The notes under the pieces were generated by a model. The model searched no databases. It was not told where the DNA came from and worked only from the letters and a program-made list of their open reading frames with translations. This document shows, piece after piece, positions 41,184 to 50,438 of a stretch of 64,000 nucleotides of DNA. Within the stretch, counting starts at the first letter, position 1, and each line of letters opens with the position of its first letter. A program made the translations under genes and the position numbers. The DNA comes from an uncultured virus (IMG/VR IMGVR_UViG_3300000558_000068) (taxonomy: Duplodnaviria; Heunggongvirae; Uroviricota; Caudoviricetes): positions 1 through 64,000 of IMG/VR virus record IMGVR_UViG_3300000558_000068. One strand, written 5' to 3'.

Positions 41184-41722
41184 AAAATAATTCCTTCCAT
41201 ATCATATTCTTCTGAAAATATGTTTTTTATTTTTTTCTTTAATTTTGTCCAAATGTTATCTTTCCCTGTTCCAGTTCCCGGACGATCTTCTGTTCCGCCC
41301 TCAGGGGTAATTGCGTAATAAATTCTACCTTTTTCCCCTGTCATATGTTTATCGTTGGGGTTATATTTTTCGTGAGTGGATTTACCGGTTTCATCGTAGG
41401 GTTTAAATTTATCTTTTCTTTCTTGCCAATTATTCATTCTATCGACTCTAAATAGACGCCAGCCGGGTACAACAGATGTATCTTCTTCACCGGTCTTAGA
41501 TGTTCCACGTATTAACCAACCACGAAGTACATCATTTCCGGATTTGTAATGTCTGCCGTACACATATGGCTCGACTTCACGATAACCGGGCTTAACTTCT
41601 AATGGATCATCGGGGTCGTCATACCAAAAATTCACAATCTTTCTATTTTCGAGTGATTTTAGTATGAGATCTCGATTTACCGTTTCTAAGATAAGCTCTT
41701 GGGCCAAATTGTAAAGTTTCAT
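41180..41722 (-). CDS. WYL-domain-like protein
   Basis: REVEPYVYG, VLRGW, WRLFRVDRM. Confidence 0.75.
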   Translation of the reverse strand: MKLYNLAQELILETVNRDLILKSLENRKIVNFWYDDPDDPLEVKPGYREVEPYVYGRHYKSGNDVLRGWLIRGTSKTGEEDTSVVPGWRLFRVDRMNNWQERKDKFKPYDETGKSTHEKYNPNDKHMTGEKGRIYYAITPEGGTEDRPGTGTGKDNIWTKLKKKIKNIFSEEYDMEGIIL

Positions 41723-42051
41723 TATTCGAAATTTGGGTATTCTTTAGTTGTACCATAAGTATTTTTAACGATTTCTTTTTTACGTTCATTAATATCATCG
41801 CTACTACCTACGGCATCCATATTATCTTTTCCCATATCCGATCCAAGATATCCTTTACCCATCACATCACCATTAGAAACGGCATCTGGATTTTGTTCAC
41901 TATATTCACCACCAGCATAAGGTGTTCCCGGATTAAGTACAGTATTATATTCAGTTGGGGTACTTTCTGTTGGTTTATAGTTATTAATTGTGAACGACTC
42001 ACTTCTTTTTTGAGTTGCCACATCGTCTAATTGTTCTTTTGCTGTTGCCAT
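41722..42051 (-). CDS. Hypothetical protein
   Basis: 109-aa ORF, overlapping start/stop junction. Confidence 0.6.
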   Translation of the reverse strand: MATAKEQLDDVATQKRSESFTINNYKPTESTPTEYNTVLNPGTPYAGGEYSEQNPDAVSNGDVMGKGYLGSDMGKDNMDAVGSSDDINERKKEIVKNTYGTTKEYPNFE

Positions 42052-42059
42052 TTTACATT

Positions 42060-42518
42060 TTATTTTTTGTTTTTATATGTTATTAATTCTTTTGATCTTT
42101 TAATTTCTTCTTTTAAATCAGACCCTCCGGGTTTTGGTATGTCTATTAGGTTATGGAATTGTATTGGTTTGGTATCATCTCCCCATTTAAAGTGTGTTTT
42201 TTTATGTTTATTTTCAAGCCCGATATCTGATTGTGATTTTTTTGTCCTATAAATATGCTCGGCTTTTCCTCCGACTTCTTTTTGAATCCATTTAATTAAT
42301 TTATCTATAACTTTTAAATCTTCATCATTACCTAAATTATTACCTTTAAAATCATATAATAGTTTAGCGATCTCACGATCAGTAATGTGTCCATCGTTTA
42401 GATATCCAATAATACGTCTACGATTTTTTCCGCCTCTACCTTTATCAATATCGGACTGTAATCGTTGTTTGATATTATCCGGAATAAAATAATTTCCTTT
42501 TAATCCTTTATTTGCCAC
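42060..42518 (-). CDS. Hypothetical protein
   Basis: 152 aa; C-terminal LKEEIKRSKELI motif. Confidence 0.6.
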   Translation of the reverse strand: MANKGLKGNYFIPDNIKQRLQSDIDKGRGGKNRRRIIGYLNDGHITDREIAKLLYDFKGNNLGNDEDLKVIDKLIKWIQKEVGGKAEHIYRTKKSQSDIGLENKHKKTHFKWGDDTKPIQFHNLIDIPKPGGSDLKEEIKRSKELITYKNKK

Positions 42519-43416
42519 TTTGCATATAATTTATAATGTAACTTTTATCGTTGGGATTTAGATCATTAACACCAACGCCATTTAAAAACTGCCATATAAT
42601 TGCTGCTTTGTTTGTCTTGTCCACACTTTCACGGTTAATGATGTCAATTAAATAAATAAGCTTACGAGCAATTAATGGATTTTTTTCTTTTAATTGATCA
42701 TAATAAGGTATTGAGTATTCGTTACCCATTTGTTGATTNCGTGTTTTGGTTACGATATCATTTCTTTGTGTTTTATTTGCTAACACATCTTCAACAATAT
42801 CAACTTCTTCTAATGGAATTTTTGGGTTGTGTGTTTTTTGTTGATCTGTGGATGTCTTCCTAAAAAAACGTTCTTGTCTTGCTTTAATTTCTTCTTTATC
42901 GTATCCCGCCAATTTCGCTTTATTTTCGAAATCTATTGGATCTGTTGATTGGGCATAAATACTACCCAACGCCTCTGCGGTTTTATCTACTTCGGTAATT
43001 TCGCGACTTAAAAATTGTGAATCAACCCCTTTTAATGGAGATACCCTGGTTCTTGTTTTAACTTTAGGCGCCTCGTCAGTAGTACTCTCACCATAGAATT
43101 TACGATACATCATTGTTCTTGACATACCCTGACGGTTCATACTAATAGAGTCGTCTGTTGTAGATTTGGATGTGATTTCGCTACTGCTTGGAGCTCCGAT
43201 GGAAGAATGTTTATCTCCTTGAATTAAAGCAGTTCCTTCATCGTTAACAAGCTCATTTAATTCAGTATCTTCTAATTCGTTTTTTAATTTATTGGCCTTG
43301 TCTTCAGATTCTTTAAATAGTTTTTGATTTACACCTTTATTATCGGTATACTCAATGACCCATCTAATAATAACGTCCTTGTTCTTTTCTGGATAGATAT
43401 TTATTTGCTTGTTCAT
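42508..43416 (-). CDS. Hypothetical protein
   Basis: 302-aa ORF (one N base). Confidence 0.6.
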   Translation of the reverse strand: MNKQINIYPEKNKDVIIRWVIEYTDNKGVNQKLFKESEDKANKLKNELEDTELNELVNDEGTALIQGDKHSSIGAPSSSEITSKSTTDDSISMNRQGMSRTMMYRKFYGESTTDEAPKVKTRTRVSPLKGVDSQFLSREITEVDKTAEALGSIYAQSTDPIDFENKAKLAGYDKEEIKARQERFFRKTSTDQQKTHNPKIPLEEVDIVEDVLANKTQRNDIVTKTXNQQMGNEYSIPYYDQLKEKNPLIARKLIYLIDIINRESVDKTNKAAIIWQFLNGVGVNDLNPNDKSYIINYMQSGK

Positions 43417-43419
43417 TTA

Positions 43420-44007
43420 TTATAGTTGTGTTTTTATCATATTATAAAGAAAATCATTAATATCTTCAATGTTTTTTAAATTTTTTTGTCTGATAATTTG
43501 ACGTAATTGTTGAATATATTGCTTAATTATATTCACACTTTGAGGTGTGTTGTAATCGGGTGTTAGAAATTTTTCCGGAATATTATATTTTTTTGCTAGT
43601 TTTTTAGTTTGTAAAGACCCAAAACGATCTGCGGTTGATTCTATTGAAATTAGAGTTTTAATGATATCGTCCAATGGTTCGTTATTAACATATATTGACA
43701 GAGCAAAATCTTTACCGTGTTTTTTATATTGATATTGATGTGCGATTTCATGAAAGATAATGAATAAACATTGTAGAATTGGTTGATCTAAAGCCGTTGA
43801 ATTAATAATACACATATCAGTTTTGGAGATTCCGCCTACCGATGGATGTAATGTTTCGAATTTAATTGATGGGCTTCCTGATTGATCAATTATATTACCG
43901 ACATCATCCCATAACGAATCGTAATTTGGATATGTGTTGTTTAGGGCGTCAACAAAAGACTCAGCCCCCATTGTGTTTTCAAATATTAACGGTAATAACT
44001 TAATCAT
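43420..44007 (-). CDS. HExxH metallopeptidase-like protein
   Basis: IFHEIAHQYQ...IESTADRFG. Confidence 0.65.
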   Translation of the reverse strand: MIKLLPLIFENTMGAESFVDALNNTYPNYDSLWDDVGNIIDQSGSPSIKFETLHPSVGGISKTDMCIINSTALDQPILQCLFIIFHEIAHQYQYKKHGKDFALSIYVNNEPLDDIIKTLISIESTADRFGSLQTKKLAKKYNIPEKFLTPDYNTPQSVNIIKQYIQQLRQIIRQKNLKNIEDINDFLYNMIKTQL

Positions 44008-44109
44008 TCAGATATTTTACTTATAAATATCCCGTAAATGACAAATTAATCAATTCCACTCACTCAATTCAGAAATAGGTAAATTACATGAGTTTTCCAT
44101 AAGACCCGT

Positions 44110-46971
44110 TCATTCGTTTGCATTATTAATTACAGCCAGCACATCATCAAAATCCGGTAAACTAACGTCTTCGATGTCTTCCAACTGTTTTATAATATTA
44201 CCATCAAGTTTTCGATAATATTTGTTCCAAAATGTATATTCTTTTGCTTCGGGGTTTATTAAATCTTCTGTGTAATCATCCTGATCTCCCGGATTGAGGG
44301 GAAATCCATTAACGAGATCACATTCACTTAACGTAAATAATTTTCTTTCGCTTGGTTCTTTAATTATAATATCGGCACGAACTTCAGGTTTAAATATGAT
44401 TAAGAATAACTTAATTTTTTTGTTTAATGCTGCTATTGCTCTTGGTACATTATACGACCCTCTCAATTCTGGATTCTTTTTGAGATCCTCCGTGTCGATT
44501 AAATATGAATTGGGGCGATCGGGACCATTCTTTTCTTTTTTATGTGTACCACAGTCGCCATGAGAAGCTTTTGTTGCATCATTAACATAATATACAACAT
44601 CGCCCAAATTTGCTTGTCTATCTTCTTGTATGAGTAATTCCATGTGGGTTAATTGAGGAAGTTTACCACCATTAATGTTTGTAGTTTTCGAGCGCTTTTT
44701 ATAATCGGCAATCGTGTGTTTTACTTTCGATTTGTTAGCGATTTTAAGTAGTGGAATTTCTTTTTTATGAATTGTGTCGATATAGTCATAGTACAATTGT
44801 ATCCAACATTGACCTTTTTCGGATTTATTAATATCAGGGTCCAGTAATAGATTAAACGACATTGTGATGAATTCTTCGATATATGTTGGAGTTGTTTTGG
44901 ATTTAATTGAGTTGCCGATCATTTTTATTTTAAATTTTCCGTCCTTACCTTTGAATAATCCAGCATAGTTTTTTCGTGCTAAATTAATACTGGTTTCCCA
45001 TATTTCATCAATATCCAATGCCATAACACCACGCATATATAAATCATTAAATTCTGCAACGTGAGCCTCAATACCTTTATATATTTTATCTTTTTCTGTT
45101 TTCCAATTTAAGCCTTTACCTACATATTCATAGTTGGTATCAGCATTGGCAAATGAGAAATTAATTCCATCGGTGTCTAGTAAAATCGGAATAAATCTAC
45201 GTTCAGTAAAATAACTAGCCATTAATCTTAGATAATTTCTACCACGGCATGTTACTTCTTCACCCTTGTCCATTTCGCTCCATGGGAATACGTTGGGAGC
45301 ACATAAAGAGCCATATTGTGAGTTATTTAAGATTTTTATTGGTAATTGCTTTCTATCAAACATGGTGGCTAATTGAGTATTTCCTTCTTTTTCGGCTTTT
45401 TTACCTTCAGCTTTACATTCAGTTCTTGTTGTATGAAAGAAACGAAGCATTTTATCCATAGCTTGAGAAATATCACAATTTGGATATATACCATGAGTAA
45501 TTTGAATCGATGGATAAAGAGATGCGAAGTCGAGTTTAACAATTTTCTCGCTGTATCCAACTTTTAGTAATCTTGATAAGCCGCCAGTGTAATCTCGTCT
45601 TTCTTCAAATGACGGTATTGATAGTTTATTCTCATAACTCCAAGCCATCATTAACATTTTCCACAGTCCAGCAGTTCCCATCGTTGATACCCGGTGAAAT
45701 GTTGCCGGAAGAATGGTGGCCATAAGATATGATGCCTGATTATACTGAGCATCAACCTGAAGTGTTTCCCATAAATCATCCATCAAATATCGTTTAACAA
45801 TATATTGACCATTGACTTTTTTATAAACTTTAGGGAATTTTATATCCAAATCGGTTAGGTCCGGATTTTCTTCACATAAACGATATTGCCCATTTTTATT
45901 ATTAAACCAGAAATTTTTATTCTCGAAATGAAGTTTCCATATATTAGATCCATCAGGAATATATACACGATCAGGTTTTGTTATCTTTGAAAATTTACAG
46001 ATATATTTTAATCCCGCAGATTTTATTTCTGAGTTAATGGCTTGTGCTCTTCTTACAGCATGAATAATATCAACAACATTTAACCCCCATATTACAGTTT
46101 GCTCGTAATATTCAACCTCATTGGCCAACTTTAATGACGATTCTTTACGTTTAAATGGGTTTTTATTACTTAACGTTTTAACCACATCTTTAATATCAGA
46201 GCCAAGATGCTTTAGGCGCTCAATAATAAAGAAAAAGTCAAAATTTTCTGAATTATACCCAGCAATTATTGATGGTTTTAATTCATTTAAATCATTAGCC
46301 CAATCCAATATAAGCTTTAATTCAGCTGCGTCATCATTTTCTTTTTCAACAACATATAATTTTTCGAAACCTTGAGTTGTTTTAGCTCCAATCATAAAAA
46401 CACGATTTGTTGCTGGATTTAAGCCCGTTGTTTCAATATCAAATATGTATCTATGAACTTGATCATAATTGGCGAAACCTTTAAATAATCTTTTACCAGT
46501 GTGTACAAGATATTGCTCAACTGGTGGTAAATATTGAAAATGATCTTTATCTTTATGGGCGTCCAGACCACCATCTTTGAAAAAATTTAACAAATCATTC
46601 CATGTGTTTGAAGATGAAACTAAATATTTATATCCAGAGTCATTTCTAATTTCCCCCATGGTATTTAACGGCTCAACGGTAATGCCATATTTAACCATTT
46701 TTTTGTTAATCATTTTTTTGTCACCCTTATAGAATCCTGTTTCATGTAATGCTTTTGTCCATAAAAAGGGTTTTAACTGGGTTTGTTTCATTGATAATTT
46801 ACCAGTTTCTGGATCTTGAAATATTAATACGATCGTGTTTGTGGGATAATCGTATTCAATATTAATAATTCCTTGCGTTGGATCTCTTCCGTAAAGGAAA
46901 GCTTCCATTTCCGGGTCTTTGTACATTGTTGACATCATACAACGGTTTAATTTTAGTTTATATTTTGGCAT
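44110..46971 (-). CDS. Family B DNA polymerase
   Basis: Exo DIETTG, GYNSENFD; pol DFASLYPS, KILNNSQYG, DTDG, KNYA. Confidence 0.95.
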   Translation of the reverse strand: MPKYKLKLNRCMMSTMYKDPEMEAFLYGRDPTQGIINIEYDYPTNTIVLIFQDPETGKLSMKQTQLKPFLWTKALHETGFYKGDKKMINKKMVKYGITVEPLNTMGEIRNDSGYKYLVSSSNTWNDLLNFFKDGGLDAHKDKDHFQYLPPVEQYLVHTGKRLFKGFANYDQVHRYIFDIETTGLNPATNRVFMIGAKTTQGFEKLYVVEKENDDAAELKLILDWANDLNELKPSIIAGYNSENFDFFFIIERLKHLGSDIKDVVKTLSNKNPFKRKESSLKLANEVEYYEQTVIWGLNVVDIIHAVRRAQAINSEIKSAGLKYICKFSKITKPDRVYIPDGSNIWKLHFENKNFWFNNKNGQYRLCEENPDLTDLDIKFPKVYKKVNGQYIVKRYLMDDLWETLQVDAQYNQASYLMATILPATFHRVSTMGTAGLWKMLMMAWSYENKLSIPSFEERRDYTGGLSRLLKVGYSEKIVKLDFASLYPSIQITHGIYPNCDISQAMDKMLRFFHTTRTECKAEGKKAEKEGNTQLATMFDRKQLPIKILNNSQYGSLCAPNVFPWSEMDKGEEVTCRGRNYLRLMASYFTERRFIPILLDTDGINFSFANADTNYEYVGKGLNWKTEKDKIYKGIEAHVAEFNDLYMRGVMALDIDEIWETSINLARKNYAGLFKGKDGKFKIKMIGNSIKSKTTPTYIEEFITMSFNLLLDPDINKSEKGQCWIQLYYDYIDTIHKKEIPLLKIANKSKVKHTIADYKKRSKTTNINGGKLPQLTHMELLIQEDRQANLGDVVYYVNDATKASHGDCGTHKKEKNGPDRPNSYLIDTEDLKKNPELRGSYNVPRAIAALNKKIKLFLIIFKPEVRADIIIKEPSERKLFTLSECDLVNGFPLNPGDQDDYTEDLINPEAKEYTFWNKYYRKLDGNIIKQLEDIEDVSLPDFDDVLAVINNANE

Positions 46972-47030
46972 TTGGTAGCCATTACACCATGATTTCTCAG
47001 AATATAAGCTAAAAAAAACAAAAAATCAAC

Positions 47031-47417
47031 TTAGCAGGTGCGCATTTTTGTAATTGAAGGTAGAATATTAATATATAATTCTTCCCGAATAGGAACAATT
47101 AGTTCTTCATTGGTTCCATAGAATTTAATACGGAACTCACCACGGTAACGTCCCGGAGTGTCTGTATCTCCAACAACCCACCGATAAAAAATCATAAATT
47201 CTTCTGGTGAATCAGGATGGATTGTTTCTTTTTTTATATAACCAGCATTTTTGTGAGCAATTTTATAAACTCCACATTCCGTATTAATCATAGCGAAAGT
47301 TATACATGAATCGTCCAGCATTTCATGTAACTTATTAAAATCATTACGCCCGTCTTTGATAACTTTCATTACCAATATGGGAGATGTTGCGTCTTGTTTT
47401 ATAAAATAATCCATCAC
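47031..47417 (-). CDS. BppU-like Ig-fold virion protein
   Basis: FIKQDAT.P.L, YRW..GDTDTPGRYRGEF. Confidence 0.55.
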   Translation of the reverse strand: MMDYFIKQDATSPILVMKVIKDGRNDFNKLHEMLDDSCITFAMINTECGVYKIAHKNAGYIKKETIHPDSPEEFMIFYRWVVGDTDTPGRYRGEFRIKFYGTNEELIVPIREELYINILPSITKMRTC

Positions 47418-47791
47418 TCTTTTGCGTATTGTTGGTATTTTTCGTTATACTGATGAATTAATTCGATTATTTCTTCACCCATAGCATTTAATTCATCTGC
47501 TTGTTCTTGTGTCATATAAACAGAATCTTTTAATTTACCAGACATTGTGGCACTAACACGAATATCACCGGGGCCAGTTACGCCACCTAATTTATGCTCA
47601 ATTGGTTTGTTCAATGCGGTTAATACGTATCCATTTTTTTTAAATGATGACAATCCTTGTTTCTTATATAAATGATAATTTGCTGACCAATTGTTATTAG
47701 CTAAATCACCACTATTAACAATACCGATATCTTCCATCAGCTTCCGGGTTTTATTTAATTCTGTGTCTAATAATTTTTTATTTGGTTTCAT
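47414..47791 (-). CDS. Hypothetical protein (start probably ATG 47791)
   Basis: LDTELNKTRKLME leader; TATTTAT motif begins 19 nt upstream. Confidence 0.55.
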   Translation of the reverse strand: MKPNKKLLDTELNKTRKLMEDIGIVNSGDLANNNWSANYHLYKKQGLSSFKKNGYVLTALNKPIEHKLGGVTGPGDIRVSATMSGKLKDSVYMTQEQADELNAMGEEIIELIHQYNEKYQQYAKE

Positions 47792-48002
47792 GTCTTTTTT
47801 TAAATAAATATCTATAAACATAATAAAATATTTAAGCGGACTTTATTAATATTTCTTATATTTATTATATATAAAAGTAAATCTGGCGGGGACTTGTCTC
47901 CTACGGATGTAAGCGGTGTTATAAACCACCCAGCGAGGATCAATCCTACAAAGCCCATTAGTCTTTAACCAATGGATAGTTTATAAAATTACTTTATTAT
48001 AA

Positions 48003-48125
48003 ATAGCAAACCCCCAATAATAAATTGAGGGTTTACCTTTTTCACCGTCTTGGTTGAGGAACTTGTCCCAGATCATCACCACCAATCCTTGTAGGTTAAG
48101 TTTGACCGGTTTCTTAACATCCGTA
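48003..48125 (-). ncRNA. Candidate structured small RNA
   Basis: GC-richer non-coding segment between a Bacteroidota promoter and a terminator hairpin; GTTAAG/CTTAAC, TTGGT/ACCAA and GGGAC/GTTCC stems. Confidence 0.5.
48008..48034. terminator. Terminator-like hairpin
   Basis: AAACCCCCAAT...ATTGAGGGTTT. Confidence 0.6.
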
Positions 48126-48128
48126 ATA

Positions 48129-48160
48129 CAAATATATAAAGAATTATTTTAAATACCAAA
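48129..48160 (-). promoter_or_regulatory. Bacteroidota-type promoter
   Basis: Minus strand TTTG-N20-TATATTTG. Confidence 0.7.
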
Positions 48161-48171
48161 CACTTTTAGAA

Positions 48172-48732
48172 CTATTTTCTAACTAAAAACATTGAATTTC
48201 CTTCATCGTGCCATAGGGATTTGCCGTAAAACAAATCAAAATCATTAGCGAAGTTATTATAATACATGTTTTCATAGATATCTAATTTATTTCTTTTCGC
48301 CGGCCCAATAACAAATAATTTAACCTTTTTATATTTACTTAACATTCTTTTACAAATATACGTAATCCTACCCATAACTTCTTGGACTTCATTTAAATGG
48401 GTTTCTTTCTCATATTCATCAGGATTATCTTTATTCTTTATATCTGATAATGTGAAGCCGATATCAAAAGTATCAATATATGGCTTTTTATATCCCATGT
48501 AATCACCTAACATTTTTCCGTCATTTAATACTGTTAATGAACTTTCTTCGCGATAATGAAATTCAACGTCATAGGAATGTTTTGAATCACTTTCAAATCT
48601 GCAAACAACGAAATTATCAAAATCGATAATCCGAAAATCTGTTGGTATTATTTGTTCAAAACTTTCATTAATTGATTGAAAAACTTCGACTAACGATAGT
48701 TTCATTCTATTATCTTCTCTGGGTCTTGGCAT
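48172..48732 (-). CDS. Hypothetical protein
   Basis: 186 aa; FQSINESF leader-like segment. Confidence 0.6.
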   Translation of the reverse strand: MPRPREDNRMKLSLVEVFQSINESFEQIIPTDFRIIDFDNFVVCRFESDSKHSYDVEFHYREESSLTVLNDGKMLGDYMGYKKPYIDTFDIGFTLSDIKNKDNPDEYEKETHLNEVQEVMGRITYICKRMLSKYKKVKLFVIGPAKRNKLDIYENMYYNNFANDFDLFYGKSLWHDEGNSMFLVRK

Positions 48733-48736
48733 ATAA

Positions 48737-50386
48737 TTAATCTTGATATGGATTATTTGGTAAACATTGACAGCAAATTAATCTTTGTAGTCTAAAACGG
48801 CTCAATAAATCACAGAAATTGTCTATTATCTCATAGTTTTCCAATGGTTTATCGTAAATCTTTAAAATTGAATATCCACCACACCACGTTCCAGCAAAAT
48901 ATCTTTCCATTAATAGTTGATAATCTTGGCTGTCGTGTTCTCCAGCAAAATATCTTTCCATTAATAGTTGATAATCTTGGCTGTCGTGTTCAATTCCATA
49001 ATTCCACCCATTAAACGTAACGCTTTCCATTAATCCTTGTGTTCCACCACCCCAGCTAATATTAAATGGTACACCTTGTTGTTTTTCTCTATGGGTATCT
49101 AATTGTCTTGGTATTATTTCTTCAAAATCATCAACGACAAAATGTTTTTTTCCATTAACATAAAAAATTAATTTTCCTTTACGCCAATCAACTTCTTCTT
49201 GATATTTTAATAGTTTTAAATACGTTGTTGTATCGTTATAGTTTATATCATTAATTCCGCCTTTATTAACTAAATCACACCCTTCTAACGTCAAATCTCT
49301 AACAAATTTAACAACCACATGAGCCCAAGTTTGAGCTGAGCAAGTTCCGGTTATTGATATCGGATTATCTGACATTTGTTCTTCCATCATAGCAAAAGCC
49401 TCCATATGAGTCCCGCCTGAAGATGTTCCGTATATGTCATTAGTACAAATACCGGTAAACGCCATTTTTCGATATCCAATTTTATTTGTCGTACAATCCA
49501 ATCTAAAAGCCAATACATTATTAACAATATCAAAATTTGGGTCTTTTGTTGCTGCTAGGGATATTTCACTTGGGGTTGATGGATTACACTCATTTGGTAT
49601 AAATTCGTTCCAATACATAAAGCTATTGGTTGGTGGTAGAGTTGTCGCTGATTCGGGCTCTAATGGTATTTCGGATGATGTCGTAACCCCCGATTCACCA
49701 CTAAAGTAATTCCAATATTTATTCTCAGCTCTTGTCCCAATTAAAAAGAATATATCCTTATTTTGTGGATAAATTTCATTAAGAGTTTGTGTGTCAGGGG
49801 AAGAACAAGTATTACAATCACAACAACCAACCTTTAATAAGAACTCCATTGTCCATCCCTTTGTCATACGAGTTGGCATTAATTCAAACGGATAATCATA
49901 TAATTTCCAAAATCCTTGTAAAAATCCACCTTCACCTTTAAAATAATTTCCGCTATAATCAGACGCACACGAAATATCATACTTAATTGGCTTATATCCC
50001 GATCCATGATCAAATGCCCAATTACCATCAACCATTTTTAATATTAAGGTTTCATTACCAAAAAACGAAATGCTTATACCGCTTAATTGATCAACGTATT
50101 GAGTGTCCATTTCAGTTAAACCAATATCATTAATTGTGAACGCTGAAGCTGGTGCGTTTGCCCATCTAATAAGCGAATTAACTTCTAATCCAATATTTCC
50201 ATAATTAAGTGTGCTTCCGGTATTAATATCATACCACACAATTGGATCAGTACGATGTGATAATCTACGTAAAATGTAATCATCTTCACCCACTTGAAAA
50301 TCCCAATTGTGCGAATAGTCTAATGTCGAACGAAGCCCTAGTTTACCAGACCAAAATTTATTGATGTTTTGTCCCACGATAAACAT
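48737..50386 (-). CDS. Probable virion protein with LamG/concanavalin-like features
   Basis: WTMEF, WAHVVV, LIFYVNG, LKIYDKPL..EI..N. Confidence 0.55.
   Translation of the reverse strand: MFIVGQNINKFWSGKLGLRSTLDYSHNWDFQVGEDDYILRRLSHRTDPIVWYDINTGSTLNYGNIGLEVNSLIRWANAPASAFTINDIGLTEMDTQYVDQLSGISISFFGNETLILKMVDGNWAFDHGSGYKPIKYDISCASDYSGNYFKGEGGFLQGFWKLYDYPFELMPTRMTKGWTMEFLLKVGCCDCNTCSSPDTQTLNEIYPQNKDIFFLIGTRAENKYWNYFSGESGVTTSSEIPLEPESATTLPPTNSFMYWNEFIPNECNPSTPSEISLAATKDPNFDIVNNVLAFRLDCTTNKIGYRKMAFTGICTNDIYGTSSGGTHMEAFAMMEEQMSDNPISITGTCSAQTWAHVVVKFVRDLTLEGCDLVNKGGINDINYNDTTTYLKLLKYQEEVDWRKGKLIFYVNGKKHFVVDDFEEIIPRQLDTHREKQQGVPFNISWGGGTQGLMESVTFNGWNYGIEHDSQDYQLLMERYFAGEHDSQDYQLLMERYFAGTWCGGYSILKIYDKPLENYEIIDNFCDLLSRFRLQRLICCQCLPNNPYQD
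48890..48991. repeat. Perfect 51-bp tandem duplication (EHDSQDYQLLMERYFAG x2)
   Basis: 48890-48940 identical to 48941-48991. Confidence 0.9.
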
Positions 50387-50438
50387 AAATAGCTGAATAG
50401 TTATTAAAATACCAGACTATTTATTAAAAAATCGAATC

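Noticed and set aside
42662..42671. Match of spacer 3 reverse complement (TTACGAGCAA) within the window
   Set aside because: Only ~10 nt, expected by chance.
4730..46375. Many short antisense or nested ORFs in the track (e.g. 6293-6760, 11829-12233, 13899-14315, 16726-17193)
   Set aside because: Shadow frames of well-supported genes with no motifs, unlike 59576-60403.
47822..48170. tRNA gene in the largest intergenic gap
   Set aside because: No cloverleaf or T-loop GTTCRA seen; no tRNA or rRNA recognised anywhere in the window.
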